A stretch of 63,086 nt of DNA, counting the filler, from Nemertoderma westbladi (lineage: Eukaryota > Animalia > Xenacoelomorpha), in assembly GCA_032718475.1 (NCBI GenBank). It is 3 parts of 3 records of this genome, joined end to end, with 100 filler letters (N's around TTAATTAATTAA, not from the genome) between each part and the next. Parts side by side here need not be neighbours in the genome. Positions count along the whole stretch, not along the records: positions 20,042 to 48,933 come from JAUCBJ010002290.1; positions 49,034 to 63,086 come from JAUCBJ010004558.1; 1 more part is not named here. One strand, given 5' to 3'. The notes beneath the pieces are model-generated. The model was not told the DNA's origin. It worked only from the letters and a program-made list of their open reading frames with translations, and made no database searches. Both the position numbers and the translations under genes were made by a program. This document shows positions 47,201 to 59,887 of the stretch, piece after piece. Within the stretch, counting starts at the first letter, position 1. The number at the start of each line of letters is the position of its first letter.

Positions 47201-47490
47201 CCTCAACGGTATTGTCCTTGATTTTCGGGGCCAGCCCAAGTCTAAACCTTATTCTAGTGACAATGTATCTGTATCTATTGTATACCACAGTCTTACACAG
47301 TCCACAGTCGTAGTGATTTTTCAAATTATATTTGCATGTATGCCAATTTTAGGTCCATTATCGCTGTTTCAGGTCCCATGCGTCTCCAGTTTATCATTTT
47401 TTCATGACATAGTGCATCCTCTCCCCCAGGACTGTTTTCAATGTAATCATTTAACTCTGTGAAGTTGAGTATAGTTAATAAAACATAACT
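44287..47490 (-). pseudogene. Decayed Ty3/Gypsy pol (RT - RNase H end - integrase), split by a piggyBac-type element
   Basis: ELNDYIE...CHEKMINWRRMG...MDLKLAYMQI...FRLGLAPKI...HDDV...HLLDYGL (RT, ~47050-47490); NIADALTRVP; HRIAHQG...(insert)...IECNSIEP...WAHLSMDF; IIDCSSGY; GNLDGVHRTIK; LKVGDLVFVKP...RWKGP. Confidence 0.85.
45105..46676. mobile_element. Non-autonomous piggyBac-type element with TTAA TSD
   Basis: TTAA-CCCTATTA ... TAATAGGG-TTAA; subterminal GGGTCAATATGACCC at both ends; internal ~160-170-bp repeats (AAACTTGTATTTTTC...GGTGCTAGCACCAAATTTTG). Confidence 0.93.
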
Positions 47491-47570
47491 CACCAAACCA
47501 GGTTGAAAGTATGATAATTGAATTTAACGACATACTGACTATCAGGGGGTTGTTATGTATATATTAAATT

Positions 47571-47684
47571 AAAAGTAAATAAACAAGAGTCTTACACCCC
47601 ATAAACTACAAAAAACATAGAACCATGTCCTGATTCTATATTTTATGTAGTTTATGGGGTGTAAGACTCTTGTTTATTAACTTT
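47571..47684. repeat. ~114-bp near-perfect palindrome (probable mini-MITE)
   Basis: AATAAACAAGAGTCTTACACCCCATAAACTACA versus TGTAGTTTATGGGGTGTAAGACTCTTGTTTATT. Confidence 0.88.
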
Positions 47685-47689
47685 TTTTG

Positions 47690-48933
47690 TTGAAAGTATA
47701 TGTACAAATCACTTTACCGAACTTAACTACCTTCATCACCCACAGGGAAATAAATGCCCTAATATAGTGAAACAGCTGAATTTGTTTATTGATTTAGAAG
47801 ATTTACTCCATGCTACGGGACGAATGACAAGTCCAGTAGTACCTTGGCATACAAAAAACCCTATATCACTTCCCCCTACTGATCATTATAAGCTGTTAAT
47901 ACGCAATGCACACAATTATGTCAATAATTCAAGGGTGAGAAGTACACTCGCACAAATACGGGAACAATTTTGGATTCTTCGTGCACAGCAAATTATTAAA
48001 ACAACAATTCAATTTGCAAGAGAATACAAGGGAACCCATAAACACCACACCCGTTAGCCCCTTGCCTCTAGAAAGAACAGCTGAACTACCAGCATTTAGT
48101 CACGTAGAAATTGATTTCTGTGGACCTCTGAAAGTAGTCCGCACTTTGTCAGACCCCGAAGGATTTACTATGAAAGTCTATGTGTGCCTATTTACATGTT
48201 GCTGTAGTTAGAGCAGTACACTTAGAAACTGTATCCAGTTTACAAGTAAAATTACTTCTTATCGCATTTATTTAACAGATTCATAAGTTGGCAAGTAGTT
48301 CCTTCACTAATCTTTAGTGATAACAATAGTACATTTAAACGTTCTTAAACACGATTATTAAACAAGATTTCGATATATATATAGAAAATTATTACATAGT
48401 GATTTGGTAAAGAAGACTTTCGGAGACTTATCAATCACATGGCATTTAAATATTGAGAGATATCCTGCAGCTCACGGGTTCATTGAGAGATGTATATGTA
48501 TCATAAAGGGAAATTTGAGAAAAATGGTAGAAAGAGCTGTGTTGGCAGATGAAGAGTTTCAAACAGTTCTAACTTCGTGCGAAGCTTCTGTAAACAGCCG
48601 TCCACTAACGTACATTTTGTCAGATAGTAATGATACTATCGATATTCTAAAACCTAGCCATTTTCTTGCTGGGTGAAGAGTATGTGCACTTCCAGCACCA
48701 AACATAAGATCGCTCAATTTAGAATTAACCAAGTCAAACCTCATTAACAGAACTCGCTATCAGGAAATAGCCTCCAAACTTTTTCTGGAGAAGTTGGAGA
48801 GAAGATTACTTATGCTATTTAAGAGATCGCATAAAGTCAATAATCGTTCCGCAACATCACAATTACTTCCATCAGTAGGAGATGTCTGTTTCCTATATGA
48901 TCCAAAATTACCTCGATGTTTATGTAAAGCCAG
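47690..48933 (+). pseudogene. Decayed BEL/Pao integrase region
   Basis: TLAQIREQFWILR, PLPLER...PAFSHVEIDFCGPL, KVYVCLFTC, RAVHLE, GFIER, VNSRPLTY, LKPSHFL; several frameshifts and stops; cut by the gap. Confidence 0.9.
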
Positions 48934-49033
48934 NNNNNNNNNNNNNNNNNNNNNNNNNNNNNNNNNNNNNNNNNNNNTTAATTAATTAANNNNNNNNNNN
49001 NNNNNNNNNNNNNNNNNNNNNNNNNNNNNNNNN
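48934..49033. other. Assembly spacer N44-TTAATTAATTAA-N44
   Basis: Same 100-nt linker as 19942-20041. Confidence 0.98.
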
Positions 49034-49668
49034 CTATCAATAATGGACGGATCCATTGCTATCAATAATGGACGGATCCATTGCTATCAATAATGGACGG
49101 ATCCATTGCTATCAATAATGGACGGATCCATTGCTATCAATAATGGACGGATCCATTGCTATCAATAATGGACGGATCCATTGCTATCAATAATGGACGG
49201 ATCCATTGCTATCAATAATGGACGGATCCATTGCTATTAATAATGGACGGATCCATTGCTATCAATAATGGACGGATCCATTGCTATCAATAATGGACGG
49301 ATCCATTGCTATCAATAATGGACGGATCCATTGCTATCAATAATGGACGGATCCATTGCTATCAATAATGGACGGATCCATTGCTATCAATAATGGACGG
49401 ATCCATTGCTATCAATAATGGACGGATCCATTGCTATCAATAATGGACGGATCCATTGCTATCAATAATGGACGGATCCATTGCTATCAATAATGGACGG
49501 ATCCATTGCTATCAATAATGGACGGATCCATTGCTATTAATAATGGACGGATCCATTGCTATCAATAATGGACGGATCCATTGCTATCAATAATGGACGG
49601 ATCCATTGCTATTAATAATGGACGGATCCATTGCTATCAATAATGGACGGATCCATTGCTATCAATAA
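49034..49668. repeat. 25-bp satellite, ~25 near-identical units (left end in the gap)
   Basis: CTATCAATAATGGACGGATCCATTG; each unit has an AATGGA-CGGA-TCCATT hairpin. Confidence 0.97.
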
Positions 49669-50489
49669 GGTACTACTATGTTATGGGTACCCACTTTTTA
49701 AACAAATTATATGAAATATGAAAATTGCTTTTATCATGAGGTTTTTTGTTCTAGAACAAATATTTGACCTTCTGACAGTAAGATGGTAGCTAGTACTATT
49801 AATTTTGTGTTAGCTAGTACTATTTATTAGCTAGTAAATGTAAGATATACTGGTAATTTAATTCTCAATTATATATTTGCATGGAATAATTTAGAGTCAT
49901 GGCAGCTAGTAATTTTTATTTGATAGTCAACGTAGCTAGTAATTATTCACTAGCTAGTTTTTTATACAAAATATAGACAGATGTAAAAATAGAGTTTTTA
50001 CATATTTTACTTATTTAGGCCTATTTTACTTATTACTAGATTTATTTATCTTTTTATTAGTCATTTCTACAGTAGAATATATTGATGATATGGAAATTGT
50101 CTAAATAAATGGGGCACTACAAAATTTCTTTTCTAATTTTAAGATCACTATCTATCTACCTTTAAAAACATTAGCTACCATAATAAAAAATAATAGCTAA
50201 CCTCTCTCAGAAGGTGAAATAATTTTTGTTCTAGAACAAAAAACCATCTTGATAATATCCAATAATATGGTAAAAAAAATTGCTCAAAAATTTGGGGCCA
50301 AAAATTTGGTTTTGTAATTTTAAAAACAGTAGCTACCTAAAAGAAATCACTAGCTACCATAAAAAAAACAATAGCTAACGTCTAACAGAAGATGACATTA
50401 ATGTTATAAAACAAAAAACCTCAAGATAATAGCCATTAACATTGTCAAATAAATGGTCAAAAAGTGGGTACCCATAACATAGTAGTACC
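49669..50489. mobile_element. TIR element (MITE)
   Basis: GGTACTACTATGTTATGGGTACCCACTTTTT versus AAAAAGTGGGTACCCATAACATAGTAGTACC, with weaker similarity inward. No TSD seen. Confidence 0.85.
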
Positions 50490-50800
50490 GCTCCCTATGG
50501 GGTGTCGACAGAGTTTGGATTGAGTGAATTCTACGATTATGATCGGTCATTCTAGAATAAACTTCACTGGAGCTAGGCAACCAACAAGTCCCTAGCAACC
50601 AAAACCTTGCATACACAACAAGGACCGATAATGAACCTATCATCAAAGTTCATCTAATTCCATCAACATTAAGTGCGAGAAGTTGTGTGTACAAACAAAC
50701 AAACACAAACAAAAAACACACAAACAAACACGTGTGAGAAATAACGACATCCATTCTGCTGGATCCGTCCAACATCCATTCTGCTGGATCCGTCCAAAAG
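50490..50800 (+). mobile_element. Helentron-associated (HINE/DINE-1-like) element body and 3' end
   Basis: Core, (ACAA)n microsatellite at 50691-50730, then TGGATCCGTCCA twice (50760, 50785), the reverse complement of TGGACGGATCCA in the 25-bp satellite. Confidence 0.5.
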
Positions 50801-51728
50801 TCGATAAGCCTCTATTAGGCCATCTTGCTCAGTTCAGGTGAAAGTTCAGGTGGGATCGGATCATACCTTATCATACTGTAGTTAGATATCTTATCTTAGG
50901 GGCACCATTTTCAATTTCTTTTACTAGCTATCTTAAGCAGTTTTTGACATACATGAATGTTCTAGAACATCCAGCGACCAAAATATATTGGTCTTGACAT
51001 TGTAAACCTAGTTTCCGAAATTTGTTTGTCTGTGTGATGGAGTGCGGCAACAAGTTCTAGCAACAAGTTTCGGAAACAAGTTGCTCCGTGTGAGGGGCCT
51101 AATTAAATTATACCAGCTACTACTGTATCTACTAGCGATACTTTGTCCGTGGAAAATATATTCCAGAACGTTAATTAAATAATCAAATCAGAATTTCTTT
51201 TAGCGAAATTCTTTTCGCAAAATTTTGTTAATGTCGATTAAACTAGCTACTGGAGTAAAATAAATGTGTACTAAACATTTTAATGCTAAATTTATTAATA
51301 ATTACCAACGTAATTACTGTTCTAGAATAAATAATCGAAATCTACAGAATAAACTTCTAGATCGTTGATTGGATAAATATGTTATTTATCGGCATATTGC
51401 AAGAATGATTGAATATTTACTTTATTGCCCGCAAATGAAATCATGAATGTCTTTATTGTTCGCAAATGCGGACATTAAAGCCTTTATTGTCCGCACTTTT
51501 GCGGATGATAAAGGGGATATTTTAAAGAAAATACCACAATATCAAATGTAGAGGAATGCGGAAATCTAGATATATCTTAGTTCAGCCAATCAGATTCCAG
51601 AATAAAACCCTGTAAAAATGCATAAAAAATAATTCATCATTTCAGAAAAACAGGGTACTCATGTCGCAAAGTGCCATTTTATCCTTCCAGATTAAGCTAG
51701 ATACTGAGGTTTGTTTATCAAATGTGAT

Positions 51729-53557
51729 CATGGACTTCTAGAATATTATTTATACCAGGGCTGGAAACTAGGTAGCTATAGGCAGAATAAAAATACCAGT
51801 TGTGGCCGACAGTACTTATTAAAGACTGCTATAATACTGTATGTAGTATTAGCGTATCTATCTATCTGTATCTATCTGTAGACTTGTTGTTAGCGCTTAT
51901 ATTTATATGTCATGATTAATCTAAATAATCTTCACTTGCCTTTATAGGGCACGTCAGCTTTTGTTCTAGAATAAGAGTTGGACATTCTGGCCATGTTTTG
52001 TGCTAGCAAGTATTGTTGTATCTTATACAATCTGTTTTGAGGATATCTTATTATTATTTATTGCATGGCTTTATTTACACGGTATTTACTGTTTATTTTA
52101 TTTACTAGCTATTGTTTTAAGTTTTTTTTATTTTTTTAATGTTATAAAACATAATTTTGCCTTATTAGAATATATCAAATGTTCTAGAATAAAATATTTA
52201 ATGTTCTAGAACACATTTAATTAATTACAAACGTACTAATTTGTTGGTTTTCTTTTTAAATTTGTGGGGTTGGCGTATTCGGTGTATACGGCGGGGGTAC
52301 TATTATTATTCTCACTACACTTATTACGGTACACTTATTACGGTACATCCGTAACACATTTCGTACTGATCAATGTAATTCTCATTGCAGTGATGATGTA
52401 GTGATGCTACACATCATCAAGAACAAACTTAACTTAACTTTAATTAAAATTAAACTGATGAATGTAATTATCATTATTGATGATAATTCATGATATTATA
52501 GTGAAGCTATAGTTATAAAGCAATAAGTCTTTAAGTTCATAGAAAAACAATCCGCAACGAATTCGTAGGCAGTATTTGGTGAAGGTACATCGGTTGCTTT
52601 ATAATGGCACAGTAAAACAGGTTTTATGACTTCAGGGGTACGTCAGCATTCGTAGCATTCATTGTGAAGTATTGGAATGGAGTCAATTATTAAACACCAA
52701 CAGCAGTTCCTGGAAACCTGATCACTCCAAATATCCAATACATTCGGCTATCGATGGTGAACATTCTGGCATTGTTTCAACCTACCACTTGGAAGACCTC
52801 TAGCGAAATTGAAATTAAATGAAATGCCGCCCTAATAATACCGGTACGAAACTTTCCAAGCCAGTGCTCAGTCCACTAATACTATACTTTACTACAGATA
52901 GAGCACACCGCATCATCTACAGAAAGTATAATATCAGACAATACCAAATAATCATTGATGAACAATGCTGAAAACATTTTATTCATTCCTAGAGAGCGAT
53001 TAACAGCCAGTATTAGTTGACTGAAGAAGAACGCTCTACAACCATCGAGTAGAAAATAAAATATGAACCTGACACTTTGCAACTCTGACTCTCACCCCCG
53101 ATGACCAACCAGGATAATTTGTATAGTTTATTGTATTGTTTTGGTTAGAATAGCACTCCACTGTAACCGGTTCCTCCCCCTCAAAATTAACAGTAATTAC
53201 CGTTAACAATGTTTCTCGGATTTGGTTGTCGGTTTTCGGCATAACATTTACACCCCACAAAACTTGTACTTGTACTTGTAATATTGTACAGTTGCCTGTC
53301 GTATTCGCCCAAATACGTTAGTATAACTCTGGGTTCAGAGGGCATTACTATGGTATGTATAAACAAAAATTCAAAATTTTAATATGACATTATCTGTACA
53401 TTTTCTGGACTCATCTTTTGTGTTTTTTTTGTTTTTTTTATAGCTAACTATGTTTAATAACTAGTTAGTCATTTATTAACTAGTGTACTAATTTACTTGC
53501 TAATTGACGATTATATAGTTTCCAGCCCTGGTATAAATTAATATTATAGAAATCCAA
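51729..53557. mobile_element. CATGG-ended TIR element, probable 8-bp TSD
   Basis: CATGGACTTCTAGAATATTATTTATACCAGGGCTGGAAACTA versus TAGTTTCCAGCCCTGGTATAAATTAATATTATAGAAATCCA; AATGTGAT on both flanks (51721-51728, 53558-53565). Confidence 0.72.
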
Positions 53558-54479
53558 AATGTGATGTGATGTACTGTAGGCCTATTCTTTACACATATCA
53601 CAGTTATTGTGCAATTATTGTTTATTATAGGCTAATATTGGCTATCTTAGATGCCAATAAAGCCAACATTTGACACTAGCTAACACGTTCTGGAATATTT
53701 TCATTTTATAACTTTTGAGTGTTGCTTTGGAGGGACAAAAATATAAACAATAACTATGTTGAGTGAAAAGTATCATCTTCAGCGTTATGACCATAGTGTA
53801 TTTATGTACCGAGCGATCGCAGCGAGGGGTGTTTACATAAATATACGAGGGTCATAAACGCCGAATAGTGCCCCTGCTGGTGTTCGGACACTTCGTTTTA
53901 ATTATAGGTATTATTATGTAATAGTCTTATTCAAATTGTAGCAGATGGGGATGAATATTATTGTTGCAATCAAAATTATACATCTCCAGGGTAAAATCGA
54001 CATGCGTCGACCTGTATTCTGTGTTCAGCATTACATATTGATGTACATATTACTATACATACTATATATATAGATATTATACACACTACATTTTAAATTT
54101 CCTGGTTACTTGCAATATTTTTAAGGCAGTGATTTTTTATGTCCTTTTATTTGACTTTTTTTGTCATTTTTTTTTTTACGAATTAAGCATAATGACTTTT
54201 GCTGTCCTTTTAATGACTTTTATTGTCCTTTTAATGACTTTTTATGTATGTATTTCTTCAAACTGTCAGACTGCTGATTTCTGGACTGTCAGACAGTTGA
54301 TTTCACTATGCCTGTGCCAAAACATTCCATGATTTATAGACTATGAGATAGATTTCCATATGCGCCTGTGGTAAAAAGACTCTATATTTAATAGTTTGTG
54401 GTTGTTGTCGATAATCGATTACCACATGACGTAGCAAAACACTCATTTTATAGCCAAAAACAATTACCAATTGATGGAA

Positions 54480-55107
54480 AGGAGCTGGTTAAGGCCGAGT
54501 TTTCTAACCAAAACAATAAACAGTCACTTTACCAAGTCAGGGAAAAGAGCAGGTTAAAGAGACGGGATTTTCTAACCAAAACAATAAACGATCACTTAAC
54601 TAATTGAGGGAAAGGAGCAGGTTACAGAGGCGGGATTTTCTAACCAAAACAATAAACGATCACTTAACTTATTGAGGGAAAGGAGCAGGTTACAGAGGCG
54701 GGATTTTCTAACCAAAACAATAAACGATCATTTAACTAATTAAGGGAAAGGGACAGGTTACAGAGGCGGAATTTTCTAACCAAAACAATAGACAATCACT
54801 TAACTAATTGAGGGAAAGGAGCAGGTTACAGAGGCGGAATTTTCTAACCAAAACAATAAACGATCATTTAACTAATTGAGGGAAAGGGGCAGGTTACAGA
54901 GGCGGGCCTTTCTAACCAAAACAATAAACGGTCACTTTACCAATTCAGGGAAAGGGGCAGGTTACAGAGGCGGGATTTTTTAACCAAAACAATAAACGAT
55001 CATTTAACTAATTGAGGGAAAGGGGCAAGTTACAGAGGCGGGATTTTCTAACCAAAACAATAAACGATCATTTAACTAATTGAGGGAAAGGAGCAGGTTA
55101 CAGAGAC
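54480..55107. repeat. 68-bp tandem repeat, ~9 units
   Basis: TTCTAACCAAAACAATAAACGATCACTTAACTAATTGAGGGAAAGGAGCAGGTTACAGAGGCGGGATT at 54502, 54570, 54638 and onward. Confidence 0.95.
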
Positions 55108-55694
55108 GATAAAACTAATGCAGTAATAGGCCTAAATTATGTGAAAGGTATATCCACATTTTCCACAATCCTGCAATCCAGTTTGGCCTATCAATTATTT
55201 AAAGTTTATTAGCAGAACCGGTAGGCCTACCATTACCGTATTTAAATGGTAGGCTACACAGTAGGCCTATAGCAGTACCGGTGCCGGTACCGGTACTAAA
55301 ATACAGAAATACCTGCTTTATACCTACATCTGTACATACAATACAGCAAAATAGTGCTATATATACTAATACCGGTACTGATAGCCTGAGAAAACAGCAG
55401 TAGAGAAACCGGTAGCATGGAACCTAACATTAGACTTTTGGAGGACATAAAAAATAAAAAAAAGGACAAAAAAAGGATTTAAACGGACAATAAAAATTAT
55501 TGCGTATTTTTAATAGGATTGTGTTGAATTATACAGTATAATATTGTAGTAATTTATATATTAATTTGGTTAACATTCAATACAGCTCCTACTTTAGGCT
55601 TAGTCAATTTATTATCTGATGATACTGTACAAACATGAATTGATTATTTCAAAACGGTCTCAAAGTCTTTCACCACGGGCACACAGGGAAATGC

Positions 55695-55875
55695 CGGGGT
55701 TTGGGGGCAGCAGCCCCAATAAAAGAAGCGGGGGTATGGGGGCGCGGCAGCCCCCAAGAAAAGAAGCGGGGGTTGGGGGGGCGGCAGCCCCCAAGAAAAG
55801 AAGCAGGGGTTTGGGGGCGGCAGCCTCCAACAAAAGAAGCGGGGGTTTCGGGGCGGCAGCCCCCAATTAAAAGAA
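55695..55875. repeat. ~36-bp GC-rich tandem repeat, 5 units
   Basis: TTGGGGGCGGCAGCCCCCAAGAAAAGAAGCGGGGG; each unit has a TTGGGGG/CCCCCAA hairpin. Confidence 0.88.
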
Positions 55876-58800
55876 AAACAAACAAAATTTGACTATAAAA
55901 ATGTTTCTTTTATAATTTTGGAAAAACTTGTCTAGATAAAACTTGTCCTGTAACCACCTTTAACTTTTGTTTATTGCTTTGATGCACCCAGATTAATTTT
56001 AACACTTTAACTGGGGGGCAAGTGTCCGGGGGGGAAGTGTCCGGGGGGGAAGTGTCCTAGATCCCCCCTGCTAGATGATAATAATCTGAATAAACCACTA
56101 ATTTGTTCCACATATCGCGAATATCAATATTTCCGCGTAAATTTAATGTAAATATTAAAAAAGAGAGGTGATAATAGTGAGTTTTTTTTTTCACCCCGCG
56201 CGTGATTTAGATTGTCTCTGCTTCGATCTTATCACCGAACTTTGTGACGATGTACACACGTATCATAGTAACTAATTAGAACGAGACATATATATGGATA
56301 TATAATTTGCCAGTTCCTTGAAAGGAATCTCGTAGTCTACATCGACAAAAGCATCATGGATATCGACTATCGAGTTGAAAATTGTATATAGATTTACCAA
56401 GTTTCCTATGGTGTTCGTTTCCTTGAATGACAGCAATGATTTATATCTGAGCCGATCTTCCCTTGATTAGCTAGTTGGAAGCAAGCATATAACGTGTGAT
56501 GAGTTGGTGTGACAGTAGTGCAATATTTATATCTTCCCAAAAATACATACTGTAACAACAGAGCGAGAGGATTTAGGAAATGTTGTTGTTCGATTTTTCC
56601 TCTAACTCATGCGCAGATATGAGGGATCTCTTGAAGCAATCAAAATTGAACACTTTCATGGGTTAAATAAACGCAAATAACAGATGGTTACTCTGTACCT
56701 GTGCCATTGCCTCCCGTTTACTGTAATTCTATATAACATTCCACTACTCTTTTCCCTTAATTGATATTTAAATTTGTTAATTCGCCGTGACTAGATATTA
56801 TTTGACCGGGATGGGTTTAGCGTCAATAACCGCCTCTATACCAACTCATATAGAAGCAGCCTTAGCTTTCTACCAAGCATAACGCTACATTCAATTAAAT
56901 GTTCTGGCGCGTGGCACCAATTAGAAGCCCTTCCAGAGCGCCTTCCATTGTAATTGCGTAGCTTTACTGTTGATATCCATTGTTACTGCGTGGATTACTG
57001 GTGCTATCCATTGTTACAGAGAGTTCAAGCTGACCTTTGTTTGAATTGCAGCTGTTTATCGGGCGGCTATTGTCTGCTCCCTTGGCCCTCTCAGGCACCT
57101 ACAGTATATTCCCAACCTCATCCAACAATCATCTTCCCTTTTGTGCAGTTAATAATGGCGTATCCAACACTTAGGCTTTTAACCGTAGCCTGGCCTCCTA
57201 ATTATTGTTACGCAGCCCAATGTTGTCGGAGTTTTCCACGTGCCAGCCCAATGAGGGAGTTTAACAAGGGTACTCAGTAGACACGCCTAGAAACTCAACC
57301 GCATTTAGCAAACAACTCCCCGTAAGCGCGCATGAAATGTGCAACAGAGATACAGTAATTTGTCCTCCCCATTACATATTATTTAGTGGAGTGGGATAAT
57401 TATTTTACAAATGCAAAAAAAGATGGCATTGTATGTAAATTAGCAATAAAATCATAATTTTGCTTGAGAAATAACTGCAATTAAAGGGGGGTGGGGGTAA
57501 ATGTTACAATATAATAATGAGACATACACTATACCAACAGCTCGCACCCGATATGCCTTTTAAATCGACAAAATAAACAAATGCTACATAGTTTATAAGC
57601 AAAAATAACTAGAAGTTCAAATTATTTGAATAACTGTAAACTGTTTAATATTTTTTAAAGATCTCTACGCCACCAGTCGGGGCAAAATTATATATTTATA
57701 ATTTACAAATTTTGTAGGATTAGTTGAGCTAATATATGAAGCGATCTTGTAAAGGTTAGTCAAGCTAATATATGAAGCGATATTGTGGCAGTAATGGGAT
57801 ACCCCAGCCTTCCAGTCAGACAACCAATAGAATCAATATATAAGTGTAATATACAGTGTCTCCTTGTTTGGGTGCCACTAATGAACTGATACACCCCATA
57901 AATAAATACAATAATTATTCTCGAATGAATATTGACGCCATTGGCTGTCGCTCCCGTTGACTACTAAGGGCCCTCCTACTTTGTTTCATTCTTAACATTG
58001 TACAGTTACAGTTGGCCTACATGTTAACAGCATTGGATGGAAGCGAAAGGCCTGCCCTCACATGGGGCTTCCCCAATCCCCAGCCGGATACTCCAGTTGC
58101 CAGTGCCAGACAACCAATAGAATCAACCCGCGTTCATGTTCATGTTAAATAATAGCTGTTCTGGAATGAATATTTACGACTTAGGATATAATGGTAGTGG
58201 TAGATAGATAATAGCATTGTTGTTTAAAGCCCCCAGTGATATACTGTACTGGTCATTCCGAAAGGGCTCGACTACTATAGGACTGTTTGAAAGATTGTGG
58301 AATTAATATCGTAGAGTCTGCTTACAGTATAAGAGTTTAGTGAAGGTCATTATTAGGATACAGGTGATAAATTTTTCGAGGCCCCATTTTACAATGTGGC
58401 CTCTAGCGCTCTAGACCATTGTTAGCCTCGGCGGTAACCAGGCCCGGAATTTACTCCATGTGAAGAATACAAGGTTTTCACTAAAAATCCATGTTACGGA
58501 GAGGCTGAATCTAAACAAAACAATAACCAACGAATTACTCTAGTATATTTATTGTACAGGTTATAAGAAATAAATATGCGCAATAAAACACTCAATAAGG
58601 AGGAGAAATTAACAAAAATACAAATCGTTCATATATAATTCCTATAAAATTTCGACCTAAAAGTGAAAAACCTGGTATTATTTTTACATAGGAGAAGCTA
58701 GGTGTTTCTAAGTTTCCGTCCTTAAAACTAGGTGTTTTTGGGTGTTTCCAGGTGTTTCCTCTTTTTAGTACCTGTAGCCTTAAGTAATAGCGTATAAGCC

Positions 58801-59887
58801 ACATGTATATCATAAATTTTACATTTAATTCCATACGGTAAATAGTTTCAGCTAATTTTCAACGAATTATTACTTTACATTACTTTATTAAGCTTTATTA
58901 TATTTATATCATCTATATGTTTAATTGTAAATTATTTTTACACGTCGCCAAAAAAAATAGAAAAAAACTAGAAATTCCTAAAGAATTAAGAAATATATAG
59001 AGGATGAAAATAATATGAACTTTTTGAATTGAAAAAAAAAGTTATGATAGATTGGTGGTTACCGTAATAATAGACGGCCGGACGCCACCGACGCTGTCGC
59101 GAGTCGATAGATTGGTGGTTACCGTAATAAATGTAATGTTTGTAATGGTGGGATGTAAAATAACTATTACGCGCAAAAATTTAATTTTATCACACAAAAA
59201 ATGATTATTAACAATTATAAAGGAGGTTAATTTGAACTGACTTATTATTATTATTGTGCAGTTGTCTTACACTTGTACACTTTGCACTTGTGTACCCAGT
59301 CAGCCAGTACCGGTACCCGTACCATGGCGTGACCGGTACCTATGTTTTTGCACATTCAGACATTGCTGCGCTGCATTGCACATTGCACTGCTCAAGTCTG
59401 CAAGTGGAAGTGCTCAACTAAACTGATGTACCACGTACCGGTACTGAGTACAGGTACTGTACCGCGTACCTACTGCCACTGCCGGTTATCGTTCATATGC
59501 GTACCTCTCTGCCTCTGGCAAAAGAAGCAGGTTACAGTGGTGGTGTTTTCTAACCAAAACAATAAACTAATCTCCATTACTTAATTAACGGAAAGGAGCA
59601 GGTCAGCAGGTTACAGTGGTGGGCTTTTCTAACCAAAACAATAAACAATATCTCAATAACATAGGGTATTTCATACTTATAGTCTTATTTTTTTCAATAC
59701 GAAAATACCAGAGGTACGCATATGAACTATAACTCCACTGCCAATGGCCTACCCGTAGGCCTACATCTGTACATGCTACATCACACCAGCACACTGCCAC
59801 AAGATTCAGTCATGGTATCCAAAATCTGAAATCTATGTATACCTGTACGCTGTAGGCCTATACGGTCTGACGGTGACGCATGAAGAA

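Noticed and set aside
47690-48933. Integrase as the missing 3' part of BEL copy 2
   Set aside because: 17 kb away and heavily decayed while copy 2 is stop-free; no linking sequence or matching LTR.
55619-55892. Gly/Ala/Pro-rich short ORFs on both strands
   Set aside because: Translations of the 36-bp GC-rich repeat.
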